Assembly: GCA_965195345.1 (NCBI GenBank)
Contig: OZ239628.1
Span: 1,216,001-1,280,000 of the forward strand
DNA from: an uncultured Thiomicrospira sp.
Lineage (GTDB): Bacteria; Pseudomonadota; Gammaproteobacteria; CAKMZV01
Length of the DNA stretch: 64,000 nucleotides
Reading direction: 5' to 3'
The first letter of the stretch is position 1; each line of letters opens with the position of its first letter. The notes under the pieces are model-generated. The model was not told the DNA's origin. It saw nothing but the letters and a program-made list of their open reading frames with translations, and made no database searches. The position numbers were made by a program, and so were the translations under genes. Shown here in pieces: positions 9,366 through 17,256 of this stretch.

Positions 9366-12300
9366 GCAACAGCCTCCTTGATAATCAGATATGAGATCAC
9401 TTCAAAATCTTCAATGCTAGAGAAATGCTCCTGCGTTAAAACTGTACCGCCACGCGCAAACAGGCTTTCAACACCTTTCTCTTCGGTTTTACCGACGATT
9501 GATTGCATAGCGCATTCCAGCATATATTGGTATGCGCCCATATCTTTACCGTTTTTAGTTTGTGCATTTAGGGCTTCGATAGATTTGTAATCAAGCGTTT
9601 TGTTCGTGGCGCAGAGCTTCTTGAATATATCGAGGATTTTCTTGCCCTGCAGGTGATTGAAAACAATGTCGCCATTTTCTGCGACATAGACAATGTAATA
9701 AGGGGCCAAGGCGTAATTGGCATCGCTCTCAACTTTATCATGGATATCCTTTAAGCAGAATATCGTGCCGGCAACAAATTCGCCATTTGAGTTTTGGATC
9801 GCGGCATAAAACCCTGAAGGGGATTTTTCCAACTGAGAAAGATTGTCCTTCATGTAACCTGACAAATCCATGCGGAAATCATTGAGCGTCATATCCGTGA
9901 TAGAAACACTGCCATCCATATCTTCTAAATCAATCACCGAGGTTTGAAGTTGTTTCATTTGCTTTCTGCGGTAATCAAGATCATTCATCTGCTTATCGTT
10001 GTCATACTCGATTACATTCTCTTCGCCAGAGGCGGAGATATCAAGCAGCACCATACGCCCACTCACCCGAGCCTCTAAGTTGATATATTCATCCAGTTCC
10101 ATGTTTGGCCAGAAGTTCACCAGTAGGATAGTGGAATTTTGTGAGCCTAAACGGTCCACACGACCGAAACGCTGGATAATTCGGACAGGATTCCAATGAA
10201 TATCATAATTCACTAACGTGTCGCAGTCCTGCAGGTTTTGACCTTCAGAAATACAATCGGTGGCTATAAGGATATCAATTTCAGTTGTTGCCTCAGGATC
10301 AACCTTGTCAAGCTCTTTTGAAATCGGTGAGAAGTGCGTTAGAAGATTGTTCAAATCTTTGTTAATACCTTTAATCGTACATTTTTTGGTTTGCCCTGTA
10401 ACGAGCGCAGAGTGAAGCCCTAATTCGCCTGATGCCCAAGGTGATATATGATCATAGAGGTATTCTGCAGTATCAGAAAACGCGGTAAAAATAACAATCT
10501 TCTTGTTGTTCGGATTAAAGGGATTACGCACCTTTGTTTTTATAACTTCTTTCAGTTTAAGGAGCTTTGCATCACGAGTGGGATCAACGGTTACGGCATC
10601 GACCAGAAGATCCTTTAGTAAGGCAAGGTCTTCTTTTAAATCTTGTTTCCAACGGACTAAATCCATATCTTGTACCAGTACCTTAATTTTATTTCCAATC
10701 AGGTAATCTTCAAGCGCAGGGTCATCTGTTTCGATATCTTCGATACTCAGCTCTTCAATCTCGTTACTTTCATGTGCGTCAATCTGCACTAATAGCCCAC
10801 TAATTTTTCCATGAACTTTATCAACCGTGAGAGCAAACGACTTGATCGAGCTTTCCATACGCTTGAGAAGGTTCACCCGCATTAACTGAATAATGTTTTG
10901 TTCACGGTCAATCTGACGAAAGACTGACTTGCCATCTTGGACTTCTTGGTCATATTTTCGGCTGTACTCGTCCTTTTTATCCATCCGCACATATTCAAGA
11001 GGTGAGTATGCTGCCAAATTAAGACGCTTAATCGCCATATTTACGTCTCTAAGCGGTGGGAATTGATCGTTGGTATCAATATTAGGCTTGATATTCCTTG
11101 GTTTTAAACGCTCAGGGAATTTGCCGATTTCAGAAACATCGTAGTATTTTTCGATGTGCTTACGAGAGCGAGCGATGGTCATGAGGTCAAGGAGCTTAAA
11201 ATAATCAAAATTCAGCTTTTCAAGCAATGCTTCTGCATTTCTTTGGACTTCTGGCAGATTTAACCACTTATTAAAGTTGGTTTGTGCTTTTTTGAGCGTC
11301 TGCTCAATGCTGTTAATCCCAAAATCAGCGAGCGCTGTATCTCGTCCTTCGGTTATGAATGCCACTTGGTTTTTGAGATCGTTCATACGGCTGTTGACCG
11401 GGGTGGCGGATAACATAAGCACCTTTGTTTTTACACCTGATCTAATGATTTGATCCATTAAACGTTGGTAGCGCGTTGAACCATCAAGCTTTGTCCCGCT
11501 GTTTCTAAAGTTATGAGACTCATCAATAACGAGCAGGTCATAATTACCCCAATTAATCGTTTCTAGATTAATCTCGCCAGATTTTCCTCTATCACGGCTT
11601 AGGTCTGTATGATTGAGTACGTCATAGTTAAAGCGATCGGCTGCCAGCAGATTACGTTTGTCGTTAATGGTGTAAACGCTCCAGTTCTCACGGAGTTTTT
11701 TAGGAGCAAGCACGAGCACACGGTCGTTGCGTAACTCGTAGTATTTGATAACAGCGAGGGCTTCAAAGGTTTTACCCAAACCAACGCTGTCCGCAATGAT
11801 ACAGCCGTTGTATTTCTCCAACTTATCAATTGCACCCATTACACCGTCGCATTGAAATTTATATAGCTTATTCCACACGATGGTATCTTTGAATCCAGTC
11901 TTAGAGCGGATGATGCTCTCTTCATCAATGTCTTCAAGATAGTCTTTAAAAATATTATAGAGGGTGATGGAATAGACTTGGTTTGCCGGTTTATCTGATG
12001 CAAGGTATTCTAAATGAGCCATTAGTTCGTCTTTAATATCTTGAGTGGCTTTACCATCATTCCAAATTGTATCGAACCATTGAAGAAGCTGTTTTGTTGT
12101 CTTCGCATCTGAAATACCCATATTTATTTCAAAACTGTCGGATTTGACTTCACCGAGGCCTGCAGCGGTAAAATGAGATGCGCCTTGGGTTACAAAATTA
12201 TCATCTGCATTGCTGATATGGAACATGTTTTGAGGCGGGAATGCCATTTGCCTCGTCATTGCCTTTGCTTGCGTATTCTTCTTAATCCAAGCGGCACATT

Positions 12301-12556
12301 CTTTGGCAATTCGGCTTTGGTCTAACTTGTTTTTAAGGCGTGTTTCTTGTGGTGTACCCGCAATCGTATGCAGTGAAGCGTCATCCCATTTGGATAGCAA
12401 TAAGCGCACGTCTGCGAGGCTTCCTAATTCTTTTTTAAGAGCTGAATAGCCATAGATAGAAAACATTCCAGAAAGCACAGCAAGTTTTGAAGAAGTGTCT
12501 AATGACTTCTTCAGCTCTGTTATAACTTTTCCGTGATTTTTGTTATCTAGTAACAT
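9362..12556 (-). CDS. SNF2-related helicase with degenerate N-terminal PLD-like domain
   Basis: ADSVGLGKT, IDESHNFRN, LSATPVN, TDCISEGQNLQD, QRFGRVDRLGS; N-terminal GASHFTAAGLG. Confidence 0.9.
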   Translation of the reverse strand: MLLDNKNHGKVITELKKSLDTSSKLAVLSGMFSIYGYSALKKELGSLADVRLLLSKWDDASLHTIAGTPQETRLKNKLDQSRIAKECAAWIKKNTQAKAMTRQMAFPPQNMFHISNADDNFVTQGASHFTAAGLGEVKSDSFEINMGISDAKTTKQLLQWFDTIWNDGKATQDIKDELMAHLEYLASDKPANQVYSITLYNIFKDYLEDIDEESIIRSKTGFKDTIVWNKLYKFQCDGVMGAIDKLEKYNGCIIADSVGLGKTFEALAVIKYYELRNDRVLVLAPKKLRENWSVYTINDKRNLLAADRFNYDVLNHTDLSRDRGKSGEINLETINWGNYDLLVIDESHNFRNSGTKLDGSTRYQRLMDQIIRSGVKTKVLMLSATPVNSRMNDLKNQVAFITEGRDTALADFGINSIEQTLKKAQTNFNKWLNLPEVQRNAEALLEKLNFDYFKLLDLMTIARSRKHIEKYYDVSEIGKFPERLKPRNIKPNIDTNDQFPPLRDVNMAIKRLNLAAYSPLEYVRMDKKDEYSRKYDQEVQDGKSVFRQIDREQNIIQLMRVNLLKRMESSIKSFALTVDKVHGKISGLLVQIDAHESNEIEELSIEDIETDDPALEDYLIGNKIKVLVQDMDLVRWKQDLKEDLALLKDLLVDAVTVDPTRDAKLLKLKEVIKTKVRNPFNPNNKKIVIFTAFSDTAEYLYDHISPWASGELGLHSALVTGQTKKCTIKGINKDLNNLLTHFSPISKELDKVDPEATTEIDILIATDCISEGQNLQDCDTLVNYDIHWNPVRIIQRFGRVDRLGSQNSTILLVNFWPNMELDEYINLEARVSGRMVLLDISASGEENVIEYDNDKQMNDLDYRRKQMKQLQTSVIDLEDMDGSVSITDMTLNDFRMDLSGYMKDNLSQLEKSPSGFYAAIQNSNGEFVAGTIFCLKDIHDKVESDANYALAPYYIVYVAENGDIVFNHLQGKKILDIFKKLCATNKTLDYKSIEALNAQTKNGKDMGAYQYMLECAMQSIVGKTEEKGVESLFARGGTVLTQEHFSSIEDFEVISYLIIKEAVA

Positions 12557-12749
12557 GCTTAATTAGCAACTTGTCCTTCGGATTTATTGTTTTTTTCCAT
12601 TCGTCAATTTTTGATTTACGAAAACGCCAAGAACTATCTAGGTTGAAATTCGGTAGTTTGCCCTTAGCAATAAAACGACAGCTGTTTTTTCTACTATTTT
12701 AAAGATAGAATGCAAGCTCTTTAACAGTCAAAATTACATCATCATTCAT
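12557..12749 (-). pseudogene. Excisionase-like helix-turn-helix (HTH_17-type) gene with two frameshifts
   Basis: ATG at 12749 gives MNDDVILTVKELAFYL*. The shifted frame gives KIVEKTA. The original frame resumes RFIAKGKLPNFNLDSSWRFRKSKIDEW, matching the LTxxExAxYLKxxxxTxYRxxxxGKLPxFxxxxxWRFxxxxIDxW pattern. Confidence 0.75.
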
Positions 12750-13299
12750 GTTGATAATTATAGTCTTTTAAGGTTTATCGTTGAAAATAAAACCATGATT
12801 TCATTCGTAATCGCATTTCTCTGTAAATTCCCTGTATTTTGGCTTTGAGTAGGGAATATATTTGGAAAATTGAGACTATTTATCCTAATATCGAACATCA
12901 CACCGTCTATGGTTCAATAAGCATTATCAATTACTTAAGCAATTGCATGAAGGCTCACGACTGGGCTGTGTTTTTGAGGTTTCACTAGAGATTATCAGCT
13001 CAGAAAAAGACAAGTTTTTAAACGCTTTTTTTGCCAGTGCTGCATTTGTTCATTTGCCCTCGCTGAGATTTGATTTCAATCGAATCGTCTGACGGTAGAA
13101 ATCTTGTCAAGACGGAACACCCTTCTCTCCCTCTCATTTTGGTTAGCTTCTGTGAAGTAAATAGGGTTAATATTTCAAAATATAATGGCAAGACAAGCAA
13201 AACATACAATAAATATCGTATTTTTCAGGAACATGCATTTGTTAACTACTCTTATGTCTCTATCAATCAATGACTTTAACAAAAATCATTCCAAATATC

Positions 13300-14740
13300 C
13301 TAATACAAATATACCGCACCAGAGTTAGAAGCACTATTATTGGTTTGAACTCCGTTGATACCCACTGCATTGCTATCTTCCAATGAAGCACCAACGGCTA
13401 ATGCATTACCATCTCCACTGACTGATACTGCCGCGCCAAATCGATCATCCGCATCAGTATTAGAAGCTTTGACGTAGGCTTGTTGCGACCATGTGCCTGT
13501 GGCACTGCGTACAAAAAAATAAGCAGCACCAGCGCTAGAGGCACTATTATTGATTTGATTCATGTTGATGCCCACCGCATTGCTATCCTCCAATGTAGCA
13601 CCAACGATTAATGTATTACCATCTCCACTGACTGAGACTGCTTCGCCAAAGCCATCACCCGTACCGGTATTAGAGGCTTTGACGTAAGCTTGTTGCGACC
13701 ATGTGCCCGTGGCACTACGCACAAAAACATAAGCAGCACCAGCGTTAGTAGCACTATTATTGATTTGATCTTCGTTGATGCCCATTGCATTGCCATCTTC
13801 CAATGGAGCACCAACGACTAATGTATTACCATCTCCACTGACTGAGACTGCTTCGCCAAATGTATCACCTGTATCAGTATTAGAGGCTTTGATGTAGGCT
13901 TGTTGCGACCATGCGCCCGCGGCACTGCGCACAAAAACATAAGCTGCACCAGCGTCAGTAGCACTATTATTGATTCGATTTCCGTTGATGCCGGTGGCAG
14001 CGCTGTCTTCCCCAATTGCACCAACAATTAGGTTATTGCCGTCACCGCTTATTGCTACAGCGCCACCGAATCGATCTCCAAGTCCCACAGAAGAAGGTTT
14101 GATATAAGCTTGTTGGCTCCATGTACCTGTACTACTGCGTACAAAAACATAAACAGCACCAGCGCTAAAAGCAGTATTATCGGTTTGATTTCCGTTAATG
14201 CCCGCCGCATTGCTATCTTCCAATTCAGCACCAACGACTAATGTATTACCATCTCCGCTGATTGATACTGCTGCGCCAAATCGATCACTCGCATCAGTAT
14301 TAGAGGCTTTGATGTAGGCTTGTTGCGACCATGTGCCCGTGCCACTGCGCACAAAAACATAAACAGCACCAGCGTCAAAATCACTATTATTGGTTTGATC
14401 TCCGTTGATGCCCACTGCATTGCTATCTTCTCGCTGAGCACCAACGACTAATGTATTACCATCTCCACTGACTGAGACTGCTCCGCCAAATTCATCAAAC
14501 ACATTAGCATTAGAGGCTTTGATGTAGGCTTGTTGCGACCATGTGCCCGTGCCACTGCGCACAAAAACATAAGCAGCACCAGCGTCAGTAGCGCTATTAT
14601 TGGTTTGATCTCCGTTGATGCCCATCGCATTGCTATTTTCCAATCGAGCACCGACGACGAATGTGTTGCCATCACTACTAATAGATACAGCACCAGCAAA
14701 CTGATCGCCTAAATCTGTGTTGGATGCCTTGAAATAACCA
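13300..14740 (-). repeat. Seven tandem 210-bp FG-GAP coding repeats (copy 1)
   Basis: Near-identical units recur every 210 bp (e.g. taatgtattaccatctccactgactga). Confidence 0.9.
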
Positions 14741-16875
14741 ATCAATCCATTTAGTTGAGTGTTACTCAGTGTTCGTTGGGGTGCAGCATCTGAGCAGAGT
14801 GAATTATCCGTGCTGGTACAAAGTTGTAACAAATACTGTGGACCATTAACGGTAGAAAGGTAATTCACTACATTTACCGCTGCAGTTGTGGTCGTATTGG
14901 TGATGTTTGTGCTATTTGGTGTAAATGCCAAACCGACTGTACTGGCATCAACAAAGCCTCCTCCAACGTTCAAATCCAAATTGGTGAGTAGGCGGTAATG
15001 ATCTGCTTGAGGCACTGCAGTCCAAGAAAATGATATCTGTTTAAGACCTAATGTTATATTGAGAAGATTTGAAACTCTGACTGTAGCCGTTGCAGAAGCG
15101 CTTAGCCCACCCTCATCAGTGACTGTAACCACTAAAGTAGTAGAACCAAGGGTATTAGCTGACGCAAGCGAGATAATATTGCCTTGTATGCTTATTTGTA
15201 ATAACGAAGTGAGCTGTACTGAATAGGTCAGTGATGTTGAATCTATATCGACACCAAAGGCTGTAAGTGTTCCCGACGTGTTAGGGTCTAAAGTAAAGTT
15301 TGTACTCGATAGACTTAATGTTGGCGTATCATTGATAGCGTTGATAGTAACGACCACTTGGGCAGTGGAAGATAGGTTATCACTATCGGTGGCATTGACA
15401 GTGAGTGTGCTTATTCCGTTGGCGTCAGCAATGGACGTGAGGGTGATTTGATTAGTGGTAACATCGACGGTTAAAAGGCTGGTATCTTGCCCTGATACAG
15501 TGACTAATAATGTTCCATCTTCTACATCGGTAGCCGTAGTATTAAAGGAAAAGGTTGAAAAGTCTTCATTGAGTGTAATATTAGTCGTTGATAGTGCTAA
15601 TGTTGGCGTATCGTTGATGGGATTGATAGTAACGACCACTTCGGTAGAGGCGGATAAATTATTACTATCGGTAACATTGACGGTGAATGTGCTTATTCCA
15701 CTGGCGTTAGCAATGGACGTGAGGGTGATTTGATTAGTGCTAACATCGACGGTTAAAAGGCTGGTATCTTGCCCTGATACAGTGACCAATAACGCACCCT
15801 CTTCTACATCGGTAGCCGACGTGTTGATGGTAAAGGTTGAAAAGTCTTCATTGAGTGTAATATTAGTCGTTGATAGTGCTAATGTTGGCGTATCGTTGAT
15901 GGGATTGATAGTGACAACCACTTCGGTAGAGGCAGATAGATTACCACTATCGGTAACATTGACGGTGAGTGTGCTTATCCCGCTGGCGTTGGCAATGGAC
16001 GTAAGGGTGATTTGATTAGTGGTAACATCGACGGTTAAAAGAGTGGTGTCTTGCCCTGATACAGTGACCAATAACGCACCCTCTTCTACATCGGTAGCCG
16101 ACGTGTTGATGGTAAAGGTTGAAAAGTCTTCATTGAGTGTAAGGTTAGTTGTTGATAGTGTTAATACCGGCGTGTCATTGATGGGATTGATAGTAACGAC
16201 CACTTCGGTAGAGGCAGATAGGTTATCACTATCGGTAACATTGACGGTGAGCGTGCTTATTCCACTGGCGTTAGCAATGGACGTGAGAGTGATTTGATTA
16301 GTGGTAACATCGACGGTCAAAAGAGTGGTATCTTGCCCTGATACAGTGACTAATAGCGCACCCTCTTCTACATCGGTAGCCGACGTGTTGATGGTAAAGG
16401 TTGAAAAGTCTTCATCGAGTGTAAGGTTAGTCGTTGATAGTGTTAATACCGGGGTGTCATTGATGGGATTGATAGTAACGACCACTTCGGCAGTGGCAGA
16501 TAGGTTATCACTATCGGTAAAATTGACGGTGAGTGTGCTTATTCCGTTGGCGTTGGCAATGGACGTGAGGACGATTTGGTTAGTAGTAACATCAACGGTT
16601 AAAAGAGTGGTATCTTGCCCTGATATAGTGACTAATAATGCCCCCTCTTCTAGATCGGCAGCCGTAGTGTTGAAAGTAGTAGCCGTAGTATTGAAAGGAA
16701 AGGTTGAAAAATCCTCATTGAGTGTTACACTAATGGTAGGTAAACTTAAGATGAGTGATGGACTATTATCGGACGCGGGGGGGGCTGTTTCACCACCACC
16801 ACCACAAGCAGATAAAAAAATAAGCATCAATGCAAAAAACCAATACTTTATACGATATATATTTTGCACTACCAT
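13300..16875 (-). CDS. Surface lipoprotein adhesin, copy 1: cadherin/Ig-like repeats plus 7 FG-GAP repeats
   Basis: Lipobox LSAC followed by GGGG; five 94-aa repeats (NDTP...LNEDF...ATDVE.G) plus one divergent unit; seven 70-aa FG...GA..ED...GAxYVF repeats. Confidence 0.9.
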   Translation of the reverse strand: MVVQNIYRIKYWFFALMLIFLSACGGGGETAPPASDNSPSLILSLPTISVTLNEDFSTFPFNTTATTFNTTAADLEEGALLVTISGQDTTLLTVDVTTNQIVLTSIANANGISTLTVNFTDSDNLSATAEVVVTINPINDTPVLTLSTTNLTLDEDFSTFTINTSATDVEEGALLVTVSGQDTTLLTVDVTTNQITLTSIANASGISTLTVNVTDSDNLSASTEVVVTINPINDTPVLTLSTTNLTLNEDFSTFTINTSATDVEEGALLVTVSGQDTTLLTVDVTTNQITLTSIANASGISTLTVNVTDSGNLSASTEVVVTINPINDTPTLALSTTNITLNEDFSTFTINTSATDVEEGALLVTVSGQDTSLLTVDVSTNQITLTSIANASGISTFTVNVTDSNNLSASTEVVVTINPINDTPTLALSTTNITLNEDFSTFSFNTTATDVEDGTLLVTVSGQDTSLLTVDVTTNQITLTSIADANGISTLTVNATDSDNLSSTAQVVVTINAINDTPTLSLSSTNFTLDPNTSGTLTAFGVDIDSTSLTYSVQLTSLLQISIQGNIISLASANTLGSTTLVVTVTDEGGLSASATATVRVSNLLNITLGLKQISFSWTAVPQADHYRLLTNLDLNVGGGFVDASTVGLAFTPNSTNITNTTTTAAVNVVNYLSTVNGPQYLLQLCTSTDNSLCSDAAPQRTLSNTQLNGLIGYFKASNTDLGDQFAGAVSISSDGNTFVVGARLENSNAMGINGDQTNNSATDAGAAYVFVRSGTGTWSQQAYIKASNANVFDEFGGAVSVSGDGNTLVVGAQREDSNAVGINGDQTNNSDFDAGAVYVFVRSGTGTWSQQAYIKASNTDASDRFGAAVSISGDGNTLVVGAELEDSNAAGINGNQTDNTAFSAGAVYVFVRSSTGTWSQQAYIKPSSVGLGDRFGGAVAISGDGNNLIVGAIGEDSAATGINGNRINNSATDAGAAYVFVRSAAGAWSQQAYIKASNTDTGDTFGEAVSVSGDGNTLVVGAPLEDGNAMGINEDQINNSATNAGAAYVFVRSATGTWSQQAYVKASNTGTGDGFGEAVSVSGDGNTLIVGATLEDSNAVGINMNQINNSASSAGAAYFFVRSATGTWSQQAYVKASNTDADDRFGAAVSVSGDGNALAVGASLEDSNAVGINGVQTNNSASNSGAVYLY
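15330..16760 (-). repeat. Five tandem 282-bp cadherin-like coding repeats (copy 1)
   Basis: Units recur every 282 bp; antisense ORFs start at 15455, 15737, 16019 and 16301. Confidence 0.9.
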
Positions 16876-16984
16876 TTTTCCAGTTTTATTATAAATGTTA
16901 TTTAATTAATGACTTTTTAATCTGAATTAAACATCACATTAAAAAACGTTTCCATGACATTCCACATAGATGCAATAATCAACT

Positions 16985-17003
16985 AAGGTACGTATTCTAC
17001 CTT
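16985..17003. promoter_or_regulatory. Candidate operator AAGGTA-N7-TACCTT upstream of adhesin copy 1
   Basis: Inverted repeat about 110 bp upstream of the ATG; arms conserved in the paralogous promoter. Confidence 0.45.
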
Positions 17004-17225
17004 TGTAATAAAAAAAAGTTTTACATCTGGCAAAGTATTCTTATTAAGATAATCGACAGTTCCATATTTCAGAGCAATCTTATTCATTTACTGTAATTTA
17101 TCTCTATGGTGGAAAAAAATCCTCCTTAAATAGATTGATTTCTACAAAAAAATGATTATTTTTCTCTATGCCTTAATAAAACCCGTTATATTCAAAATCA
17201 CGTTAGATATGTTATTCCGATCAAT

Positions 17226-17248
17226 CAATGATTTTGACAAAATCATTG
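17226..17248 (-). terminator. Hairpin just downstream of the adhesin copy 2 stop
   Basis: CAATGATTTT-GAC-AAAATCATTG perfect 10-bp stem; imperfect versions follow copies 1 and 3; no long U tract. Confidence 0.45.
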
Positions 17249-17256
17249 CAAACATC

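Larger units (their letters stand above)
2392..13000. mobile_element. tRNA-Ser-associated defence island (no integrase seen)
   Basis: R-M, RhuM, helicase and excisionase-like genes directly 3' of the tRNA; visibly more GC-rich than flanking core genes; boundaries approximate. Confidence 0.65.
16876..17256. repeat. Duplicated intergenic/promoter region (second copy at ~20539-20927)
   Basis: Long shared blocks such as agtattcttattaagataatcgacag and cttaataaaacccgttatattcaaaatcac. Confidence 0.9.

Noticed and set aside
13018-13273. Two short overlapping ORFs between the island and the adhesin
   Set aside because: No recognisable motifs or RBS; probably spurious or decayed DNA.
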